A stretch of 64,000 bases of DNA from Amoebophrya sp. A120 (taxonomy: Eukaryota; Protista; Dinoflagellata), in assembly GCA_905178155.1 (NCBI GenBank), contig CAJINV010000016.1, forward strand, positions 310,001 to 374,000. Direction: 5' to 3'. The notes under the pieces were generated by a model, which saw nothing but the letters and a program-made list of their open reading frames with translations, made no database searches and was not told where the DNA came from. Position 1 is the first letter of the stretch; the number at the start of each line of letters is the position of its first letter. A program made the position numbers and the translations under genes. Positions 13,301 to 23,819 of this stretch are shown here, one piece after another.

Positions 13301-15066
13301 GCGCCGCCGGCGTAGTGAGGCGGCTGTGAGGCGGAGAAAAGATAAGAAATTAGAATTTATTACATGGTTTGTTTCATGACAGAATCTCAAGTTCCCTGCG
13401 TGCTGTAAGTATAATTCGTTACACAAGAAAAAACAAAATCAATCAATCTCAATCGTATGTGGAGACTCCTCGTGGAAATTTACTTTTATTCAAAATTCAC
13501 AGAAAAAGCTTAAAAGACGTAAACAAACCTTTGCTCCATCTTGGTCCCCCGCCACAACTGCTTGGCTTGGTAATTTGGTCAAGGGCGCCGTGAGCAGATC
13601 TCGGACGTTGATCCGCATTTGTCACTGCCAAGTCGTGGTGCTGGACTTGATATAGAATTATCCACAACACCTGCACGTCGCTTAGTAGGTTCAGGACTCG
13701 GCAGCTGTCGCCCGTCGGCAGCGTCGACGAGGATGCGAAGTCCTTTAGCAGAAGGCTCCTCTTGGTCGCACCGAGGAGGTCGAGGTCCAAACCGCTTTCA
13801 GTAGCAGGAGCCGAAATGAAGAATCATCATGCCTGAGTAAGAGATGCACAACAATAGCATAGCAAAGTAAACAACTTCCAGACGGCGCGAAAAAGATGTT
13901 GTTGTAGCTCTTTGCTCATTACTCGGCGGCGATATTAAGCCTGTAATCTGCATGGAAAACGATAAATCCAGTTCCAGTTCCAGCATATAACCACTCAGAA
14001 ATAGAAATCATCTGCGTGACAACTGTCTTTGGCTTGTTCTACTTCTTGGGTGGAGCAATAAATAAATAAGACTACACGACTAGTAGCACTAGGTCCTATA
14101 AATTAGGTAGAAATAATCGTAAGTGGTTGGAAATTTACCAAATGCATACCGATGGCTGTCCTGGAACCCGACAGGGTGTAGCTCAAAGATTTCTCTCAAA
14201 TTTTTGCCACTCGTGATGCACAAAGAAGGGTTTTGCAGCTGAAGATGTTGAGCCTTCGAAAAAAGCTGGCCGGGCCGTTAATTTTTGTTTTGTTCATTCC
14301 ATGCAATCCCTCGTAGGACGACGCTAAAAAACAGGCCACGGAAAAAAAGACAATAAAGAAAAAACAAACAGATGAAATTCAAATTTTTGTGATGGAAAAT
14401 GCAACCAACTCAGCTAACACAAAGAACCAAAAGAAGTAGAACATAGAACATCACTCGTAGTCGACATTTGAGAACCAAACAAACACCCAAGTCACTTCTT
14501 GTTCCAGCGCAGGAAGCGAGGACGAACATAAACACTTACTAATGCCGTGCCGCGTACACGTCTTCGAGACTCTGCGACTTCTAATTCGGCCACTGCTACT
14601 CTTATCTATCACACCGAAGAACCTTTGTCGTTCGGCAGGGTGTATCCGTAAAAGTCTGAGCTGAAGGTAGAATGCTCCACTGAGAAGTACTAGAAGCAGG
14701 TGTCGCCTTTTCTCAAGGAGTTTCTCTTTCTCTTTGTCACAATCAAAGGTATCTATTTCCACCTACCGCAGCTAGTGGCAGGAGTTTAATAAGAAGGAAA
14801 GTAGTACCGATGATAACGTCGAATGATGTACTAGTTCACTCGTGCGAGAATTGTTCACAAAAAGAATCAAATATAGACGGTTTGCTTATTTTTACCCATC
14901 GACATCGAGTCCATTGTAGTGCCATTGTTGGTTTCTGTTTTTCTGCAAAGACCCAATTCAATCTGCATGTGATCCACCAAAACAAATCATTTACAGTTAC
15001 ACTTCGACCCCGTTGTTCCGGTGGAGTTTGCGTTTGCCGCTGCTTGTATGCAAGTGGAAGACGAAA

Positions 15067-15275
15067 TATGCAAGAAAAAAACTGTGTAAGTGTAACTTTG
15101 TAATGCAGAACATGCAACAGAGTTACGCCTGTCATGCCACACAGCCATGAGTTCTTCTTTTCGTGTGTGTTTTCCCTTACAAGCCACGCATGACAGATTT
15201 TCGCTGTCATGTAGAGCAAATTTGTGATGGTGTCAACCAAGGAAAGTTACACTAACACAGTTTTTTTCTTGGATA
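15067..15275. mobile_element. Family E element (UTR or intergenic)
   Basis: ~34-bp TIR; perfect TSD cgaaa; close match to the copy at 12033. Confidence 0.9.
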
Positions 15276-15525
15276 CGAAATTCATCAAATTCGGGCAACT
15301 ATACTGTGACGTAGTTCTGTTGATAATCCTTCAATCATGCAAGCATTTCTTTAGGTCTAGATGGACGATGATCCTCCCAGGTGTCATACGGCTACGCTTG
15401 AAGCCATGTATCTTCTATCAGGGCTTCCTTCCCCGCCCCCGCTGATTCAACAATGCATCTGCAGCCTGTCTATCTCATACTTCTTGTTCGAAACTACAGT
15501 CACTTTGTCCATCCATCTGCTTCCT

Positions 15526-18500
15526 CTACTCTCTGCGTTCTTGCATACTGAGCCCGATACCGCCACCGCCGCTGGTGCCCGCAGACGCTGCCGTCACGGC
15601 CGCCCGGGCCTTCCGCATTTCGACAAGATTGGTGGCGGCATATCAAATGCAAATATGTCTGGGTCTGGAAGAATGCGAGATTTGTCATGCTAGTCTGGAA
15701 TTTGGCTGTGCACTCTGTATTGCGTGGCCACCAAGAGGTCCTCTTGCCTGTCATGCAGAGAAAAACGCAGTTTCTCATGCGAAGTACGCAGCACAGAAGC
15801 TGGCTGATAGCCCCCAAAGCGGACGCGCGGCCGCAAACTTGCATCACAAGTTTCCAGGCCCAGACATATTTGCACTGGATACGGCAGAAAGAAACGCCAT
15901 GTCCACGTTGGCTGCCGTCTTGGCGCTCGTGCACATGAAAATCGCCCCCATTTTCGACGCCTTTTGCATGCCCTCCGACTCGGGCACTTGGATTTGGTCC
16001 TTCAGGTCGTGCTTGTTTCCCACCAAGATCTTCATGGTGTTCGGTCCACAGTCATGGTGTTGCTGAACCTGGAGTTTGTTTCCGGAAAAAAAGGTCGTTG
16101 CTGATCTTAACTATCTCTTGACTAGTATCCGATCTTCAGAAAACTAAAAACAAGGACGTGAATTCATGTGCAAACAGAAATAAAATTCCAATTCAAAATA
16201 TTTAAAACCGATCATAGCATTCAACCTGCTCCATCCACTGATCTACGTGATCAAAAGAGGTCCGGTTTGTTGCGTCGTAGACAAATATGAACCCGTCAGA
16301 ATTCCTGTAGTAGTTCCCCGTCACAACCGAAAACCGCTCCTGCCCTGCGGTATCCCAGAGCTGGAGTTTCACCAACTTCCCCTTCACCATGGTTACCACG
16401 GTCTTGAAGTCCACTCCGATGGTCGAGACGTGAAAATCCGCGTAAAAGTCCTGCACGAACCTGGTCAGCAGACAGGATTGGCTATCGCACAGAAATAAAC
16501 TGGCATAGCATTTGTCGTGTTTTTCAAAATGCAATTGCAAAAATTGAAATTCATACCTACAATAATAGGCAAAAAAATCTGTCATGGGCGTGCCTATACT
16601 AGCACGGGGCTACTTGGTCAATGCAATGCGTAAATTGTACTTAGTTCGTTTTTGCATTTTTTATTTTATAAACATCATATGCTAACAGCTTTTTCCGTTG
16701 GGATATTTGCCGACGCCGGAGTCGCCGACCGTGACGAGTTTAAATTTAAAGTCCCCGTCGTTCACTCCGGTCTCCTTGATGGCCAAAACGTTGAGGAAAC
16801 ATATGAAAAGAAAAAAAAACGCCACAGTCACTAAGTTCTTGCAGACTTTGCATGATCACAAATTTTTCTAGCACCGCAACTTTTTATTCTTCCTGTATTG
16901 CACAAACACAATGGAAATCGTCGTGTATGACCCGTTAAGATGCATTTCTACGAATGACAGACGGATTTGTATTGCAAAAATGCGCGTGACAAGTGATCAT
17001 CATGACGTCGCACTTTCTTTGTTTGATAAAAAACAACTTTTTGCTAATTTTCTCCTCGATGACCACCTCCCTTGCGTCCTTCTGTTCTATGAAAGTGGAC
17101 AACCCCTCCTTCTCCTTCGAAGTGAGTCATAAGGCCTCGTGCGCAACTACAGCAATAACAGCAGAGAATTCGGCTTAGCATAACAAATCTTTATTATATT
17201 CCAGGTACGCTGAAACAGAAACTCCAGTTGTACTTCTCTTTGGAGTTCTATTCTTTGTCATGCAAGGATCGGTTGAACGCCCGCGAGCTGGAATTGCGCT
17301 GTTGCATGACATAGCAGGGGACCTCCAAAATCTACTTCAACCCGGGGGACGAGAAGAAGTTGTCCACCGTCATATTGTCTCTTGCCCCACCAAAGACGAG
17401 CAGCTTGTCATGCAGAGTAGCTGCCGCGTGCCCTCGTACGTTGGTTTGACCCTCATACAGCGGTCGCTTCCATCGTTTCTCCTGTTCGGATTCAGGATCA
17501 GGTAGCAAGAGAGGTAGCAAGTGGACACAATTAGGATGAAGGAGCTTCATCGGTCTCCTCGCACTTGATGCTGAACGTAGAGTACTTAAAAATCTTGCAC
17601 GTGCAAAAAAATATACAGACTTTTTACGCGAAACGCTACAACATAGTACCTGCCAGTCGAGAATGTAGAGATCTGTCAGTCCGGATTCTGTCTATGGCGC
17701 TCTCAACTGTTACATTCTCAACTGTTACATGATTTGTCATGCAAAATTGCCTTGACTATCGACGCCATCAAGCTACTTCGCATGACAAATTCTCAGACGG
17801 CCAAACAGGCTGAGAGTCTGCGCCAAATCTGTCATGCAAGACGCGCAAGGTCCTTCCTTTCACTTTTGCCTTTCTAGCATCACCAATTCATGTAACAGTT
17901 GAGAACGCCATACTGTCCTGCCGCGGGGTATGAGGGCGGAAAGGCAACATCAGCACGGAATTTCTCTTCATGCCCTTGGCTCAACATTGTGAAATCCAAA
18001 TCGGATCCGGCTACTACAACTTCCTCGTGTGGAAATGCAAAAATGATTCTGCTACTGCTTCGTGAAGAACCCAGAACCGCATGTGGAGAAATGCCGGGTA
18101 CAATCCTGTTGCGCTTTTATGCATAACAAACACGAAGGCTCGGTTCCCGATCAAATCGAAGGAGTGAAATCTTCTGGGCAGCTATCGGAAGAAAAAGCTG
18201 CGCAAATGTTCCTACATCACACAAGTAAAGCTCAAGCTTTTTTCACTGAAAAAGCGTTGTTTTTCATGCGTTGAAAAAGCAAGACAACATCATGTGTGGC
18301 GTGCTGCGCAGATTTCTATTCAATTTAGGTTTAGCGCTTTTCTCATTCCGTAATAGTGGGCTGGTCCCTTGCGTTGCGAGTTTGCTTGTTTATGAAGAGG
18401 TAGAAAAAGATCGAGTCGCTTCTTGGTGATATAAAGAGCTTTTCTTCTCAGCAATGATGACAACAGCGTGTATTTCTTGTACTTTTTTTTCCGCTCCAGG

Positions 18501-20545
18501 AGATGATGATCACGCATTTTCTACATGAACATGATGAGTGGATAAAACTATACGCGGCCATGACTACATATTATAGCGCAAGAAACGATGCGGTCTATTC
18601 CTTTCCATATCCAAGCAAGGGTTTCCATATTCAGGGAATATAATTGGTTGTCTTCTAGCAGCCCGCCAAACACGACGAGCTGTGATGTTCTTGTTTCATC
18701 ATCTTCAATATCTATCATCAGTTCCTCACACGAACAACTCACACTCAGTACCACTGTGATAAAAATAAAGGAACTTCTCAACATGGGAGGTTGCGATTGA
18801 CAGAACCATCCTACATGCTCAAAAGACGGCACATCAAATCTACTACTGAAAACTAGACATACGTAAGTATCTATATACTACCTCCTCCCCGATCCCGATG
18901 CTTTTGTGCCCGTATCTTGGCGTGGGGCTCTGTCCGGAGGTTGTCACGGGCTCGGAGCGGAAGGACTTTGTGTCGAGACTAAACACCAGGACATCATTCA
19001 GTGCGTTGCTCGTCGACGCACTCGCCTCTGCGGGAAGGCCGCCAAAGATGACCACGTTTCCGCCGACAATCGAGCAGGAGTGGCAGTAGCGAGCGTAGGA
19101 GCTGTCGCCGGTAAATTTTGTCCAGAGTAGTGTCTGCGTTTCCATGGTATACACGCACCCCGTGTCGCCGACGCCCCTCGGAAGCCCCTGCTCGATGAGA
19201 CCCAGGTCTCGCTGATTGCCTCCAGTTTCTGCTCCACCGGAGAGAAGATCGTCCTGTCCGCCCTTTGTGTCGCTCGTGCAAAGACCACCAAAGCAGAACA
19301 GATGGTTGTTGTGGTGGCAAAGAGAATGCCCGTAGCGGGGTGCTGTTTTTCATCAATGGAATGGGTTTTACTTTTCTTCTTCAAACGCACATTTATTTTT
19401 CAAGTGACACGACTGGAGTTCTTGTGAAGACTTTCAATTATTTTTGAAGAGCACGGGGAAACAAGCATTGTGGTTCGCGTCATGTAGAACTCATCCAATT
19501 TCAAAATGTTTCTGTCAAATTCTGTACCTGGCTTTTGCCCGGACGCCGGAAGCTCGGACCATTTCATCTGCTCCAGTTCTAACAGATACGGTATGCAAGA
19601 AGCAAAATCCCTGAGCCATAAAGGTGAAACATCGTCATAACTTTTTAAGTACTTCTGCATAAGGACGTAGCAGTTGCAGTTTTTACATTCAACAGATACT
19701 AACCGCCCGAGGGCCTGAAGCACCAAATGCTGCATAAATTTCCACCCACGAGATAATCTTCAACTCTGGATGACTTCTTGAGATTTTCCTCGCATAGAGA
19801 CCTCGTCGAACGCTCTTCTTGAGGTGGCGGTATCCAGAGGAAACAGGTAGTACAGGGGGTCTCGGAAAAGTGATTGTTGTGCTTACGGTGTTGAGGAGCC
19901 AAAAAGAATGTAGTGAATGATGTGCCCACTTATATATGGCGCACTGATTTGTAGTTGCACGACGAGAGGTTGTCCATCAGAATTGATGAAAGCTTGCCGA
20001 GCATGCATTTATTTTGCACTGAACAATAAAATCGTTTCCTTTTCCAATTCTACCGCAAAAAAAGTTAAGTCACAGAACCACAACAAAAGAACCTCCTGCT
20101 CACAACCCCTGTTTATTCCTTGCATACCATCCCCCATGCAAGTACATGCGCGTCCCAACGGTCACGGCCTGGCCCAGCACCCGCTCCGTTGGGCACTCGC
20201 CATTCTGCTTCAGGTCGCAGACGGAGAGCACCAGATTATGGCGGCGCTCTCAAGCGTTACACTCTCCATGATTCTTACATGAATTTGCAATGCAAGAATG
20301 GCACAAGTGGAAGGGCGAAGGTTGCGCCTTTCGCATTACAGGAGGTTTGGAGCAGCTTATAGTGCTCTCTAGCGCGTCGAGACCGAGAGGTTGTCATGGG
20401 AAGCTGCAGCTCGATCATGTAAGTAGAGGTAGACGCTGGTGCCAGTTTTGCATGACAAATTCATCGAACAGTTGAGGGTGTAACGTTTGAGAGTCCCATA
20501 CAGATTGCGCACCGCGTGCTCCTGATCCGCTACGTCGTCCATCAT
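15526..20545 (-). CDS. Kelch-repeat beta-propeller fused to a C-terminal Rab1-like small GTPase
   Basis: Kelch blades (TRMYLHGG, RYCHSCSIVGGNVVIFGG, PTPRYGH, PRRFHSFDLIGNRAFVFGGR, RGHAAATLHDKLLVFGG) join in frame to GDSGVGKS, TIGVDF, WDTAGQERF, GNKHD and TSAK. Start MMDDVADQE at 20545; stop after GIGLSMQERRE. Confidence 0.8.
15641..15881. mobile_element. Introner family A in the Rab domain
   Basis: Perfect TSD cggca; removal gives MAFLSAATNLVEMR. Confidence 0.92.
16483..16705. mobile_element. Degenerate introner splitting the Rab P-loop
   Basis: TATC...GATA ends; TSD ttggc/tttgc; removal gives GDSGVGK|SCLL. Confidence 0.85.
16802..17028. mobile_element. Degenerate introner at the Kelch-Rab junction
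   Basis: TATG...GATA ends; TSD aaaca/aaaaa; removal gives KKLFFLNVLAIK. Confidence 0.75.
17088..17374. mobile_element. Introner (TIR tatga(aa/cg)gtggacaac)
   Basis: 16-bp TIR; TSD tgttc/ttgtc; removal gives FGGARDKKDAREVV. Confidence 0.8.
17693..17912. mobile_element. Introner family C (TIR tatggcg(c/t)tctcaa(c/a)(t/c)gttaca)
   Basis: TIR; perfect TSD ctgtc; removal gives GRTESGLTDLYILDW. Confidence 0.9.
17929..18125. mobile_element. Old introner with a fully decayed TSD
   Basis: TATG...CATA ends; the 4+1 rule yields Kelch AFVFGGR. Confidence 0.75.
18183..18355. mobile_element. Old introner
   Basis: TATC...AATA ends; the rule yields QGTSPPRRFHS. Confidence 0.7.
18391..18609. mobile_element. 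Old introner
   Basis: TATG...CATA ends; the rule yields ETLAWSKLATQG. Confidence 0.7.
20237..20500. mobile_element. Introner family C
   Basis: Perfect TSD cagat; removal gives AVRNLVLSVCDL. Confidence 0.9.
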
Positions 20546-20949
20546 CTTGTTGCCTGGACCGGTGAAAATGCGCAGGAGACTTTTGCCGGTGGTGTGCTCT
20601 TTTCACAGCTGTAGCTGTACTCGCCTCCGCCCTGTGCCGCGGTCGTGTTGCACTTCTTCCGACGTCGCCTCTAGTCTCCTGCACACGAGATGAAACCACG
20701 AGAACAACTGCGGTGGCCAACTCCTGGCTCCTGTGACGCGCGGGGGCCTCGGCCGGGTAAACCGATAAGCACTCTGCTTGTTCCCTTGGGGTTCAGCTCT
20801 GATCGTGGGAAAACTCGTCCTCTGGGTGGATGAATGTATATTGTTCGCCAAGAACGACCTGCCAGCAGCGCAGCCCGGTTTATTGTGGAGCGGACCTCCA
20901 AACGTGGACAATACTTGTTGGCGCTCCTTAGTTCTTCGTGCCACAAGTG

Positions 20950-23520
20950 CTTTTGTTTGCGCCGAGCGTCTTCATGATAGATTACCCAACAGTTGCAGAG
21001 GAGGCATGGACGAGAAAAACCGGCGATAATGTAGAAACAGAGGGGCGGCTTCCTCTGCTCGCTAGTTGTTGAGGGCGAAGAATGAAGATGTTGTAAGTAC
21101 CGCTTTTCCAGCCAGGCCAGGTCGCGCACGCAAGGAGCCAAAGAGTCGCACTAGATATAATTCAACTACCGGAGCTGGCAATTCCAATTCATCATTGTTG
21201 TAGGTGTTCTGTCTCCTAATAAGGCCACTATAACATCGTCGAGTTCTGTTTCAGGACGAAAGAATCGATCTTCGGGCGGGTTTGTAGATGCAAGTGCTCG
21301 GGTGATTGTGGCGAAAATGAAAAAATAAAAATTGAGGGGATATTATTACGCCCACCACCAAAAAGACGACCTACGAGCAGGATCTTCGCCGTCGTGTCAC
21401 ATTCGCTAAAAATCGGCTCAGAACCTACATCTCAAGCCTTCCGCTTCAGAACAGCAACAGATACAGAAAAATCTCCATTTGCATCAAGCCGCTATAGATT
21501 ATTCTTGTGACTGAAAAAATCGTATGAAGGATCCATCACATTTTTGCGGTCTTTTCCTTGCTTACAACTTGCGCCGTCCACTTTGCGTCCTTCTGTTTAG
21601 CATCCTTGGCCAGCCAAACCCAAACGCAAACTTCGGCACGAGTTTAGTGTAAGCCTTCTTTTTGTCCACCTTTGCACGAAAAGGTAAGCACTTCGAGGGA
21701 CCACTGCGGAACACACCACACCTTAACAAGAGTTTCTTTTCTTTCCACGGCTACCTGTCGTGATCTTCGTGGTTGTAGTTGTCATTTTTCACATAGTACA
21801 TCATCTTTTTGAAAGATTTGGAAAACGAAGCTGTAGCTTGTTGCGCACCAACCGTCAAAACTACAAGCCACAGGATTTGAGTAAATTGACAGCCTCGCCA
21901 GGTCGTCTTCCTTTCAAAAAAAATAGGAACCTGGTCCTGCTGTACTACGGTTGTGTAGTACAGGTGTGCCAGATTTTGACAAAAACGCAGATTTTTTCCT
22001 CTTTGACAAAAGCTATTGCTATTCTTTTTCGTACAGAAACAAACGAGTGCTGGTGAGGACCAAAGCTTTTTGTTTGCTGGCGGAAACAAACGAGTGCTGG
22101 TGGTTTTGTTTGCGCCGAGCGTCTTCATGATAGATTACCCAACAGTTGCAGAGGAGGCAGGGAGAAAAACCGGCGATAATCAATCTTGAAACAGGAGGAC
22201 TTCCTCTGCTCCCGAATTACAGAGGGCGGAGATGAATGTACCGCTTTTTCAGACAGGCCAGGTCGCGCGCTGGTCCGCTGTTTCACGCACGCCGGGGGCC
22301 AAAGATTTGTCGCACTAGAGACGGAGGCAACTCATTGTCGTTCTGATTCTGTCTTCTATTTAAATCAAGCCACGACTATATTGAGTTCTGTTGCAGGACG
22401 GAAAAGTCCTCGATGTATGAAAATGCAAGTGCCCCGGTGGTGGCGAAAATGCAAAAGGAAAAATAGCATCAACTGAATAAGACCACAGCCGCCAGCAACG
22501 AAAAGAAAAATAGCGACCTACGAGCAGGATCTTTACACCAGTTTCACTTTTACTAGTTGGTCAAAAGCAGCTTCCTCAAGATTTTGCCCACGCGTAGAAG
22601 TTGTTTCAGAACAGAAACAGATTGAGACCAGCCCTTTTGCATAAGCGAGCCATGACACCTCGCGTGATTTGTGTGCGGGAGCGCAATGAAACAAACGCAT
22701 AAAAGGATCAGTCGATGCGGTTTTTTGCGTGTAGCTTTTGTACTTTTTGCATAATCTTCAGATTTGCTTCTTTTCATCAGGGGCCAACAAGAACAAGCAG
22801 CGTTATGCTAATGTGAGACTCCTTACCGTGCAGCTTCACACGAATGATATGCGATCGTTTCCGGAACGGGAACACATCACACATTCAACACGAGAGCTTC
22901 TTTTCTTTCCACTACCTGTCGTGAAGATCATCGTGGTGCAATTTTCTACATAGTACAACATCTTTTTGAAAGATTTGAAAAACAAAACTGTAGCTTGTTG
23001 CGCTCCAAGTACTAGCTTCTCCCCAGAAGCCACGGTCTCGCCAACTCTTCCTGAGACAGCCGTGGAAACTACAGTGTAGTTTCCTGTGGTGTGTAACACG
23101 CCACAGGATTTAATATTCACAAATGCATGCACCAGGGTGCTATTCTTTCAAAAAAATAGGAACCTGTTCCTGTACGGGTGTATACATCTTGACAAAAACG
23201 CAATGCACGGTCTTTTCTCTTTGACAAAAGCTATTCTTTTTCGTACGGAAACAAACGAGTGCTGGTGAGGACCAAATATGGCGCTCTCAACTTTTACATT
23301 CCCAACTGTTACATGAGTTTGTGATGCAAGGAGGGCAAAAGTGAAAGGGGTGACCTTGCACGTCTCACATCACAGATTTGCCACAGATTCTCACCCTATT
23401 TGGCTTTCCTAGAATTTGCCATGCGAAGCAGCTTGATCGCGTCGACTCTGCTTGTAATTTTGCATCACAAATTCATGTAACAGCTGAGAATGTAACATTT
23501 GAGAAGGCCATACCAAAGCA
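20950..23520. repeat. Degenerate tandem duplication of a ~1.15-kb unit
   Basis: gtttgcgccgagcgtcttcatgatagattacccaacagttgcagaggaggca at ~20955 and ~22108; gaaacaaacgagtgctggtgaggaccaaa at ~22036 and ~23248. Confidence 0.8.
23277..23512. mobile_element. Family C element in the second copy of the duplication
   Basis: Perfect TSD ccaaa; the paralogous site at ~22060 is empty. Confidence 0.92.
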
Positions 23521-23819
23521 GAAACCCTTATAGGCTCATGGCAAGGACATCAACCAAGCATCGTCTTTTCACTTTTTGTTGTTGCAAAATCATAAAAAGA
23601 AACGAGTCACTTTGCAAAACGGATTTTTGGTGTGTGTGTTCCGATTTTTTAGCGAGATAGTGTAATATTGATATTATATTGTTCTAGTTCTTGGAATTTT
23701 ATATAGTGTGAAATGAGTAAAATGTGGCCATCGTGTTTTATTTTCCTTTTCAGCGTCCCCTGAAAAATGGAAGGAATCTGTTTGTCCAGCACGAGAAGCT
23801 GCAAGACGAAGCCTGTTCG

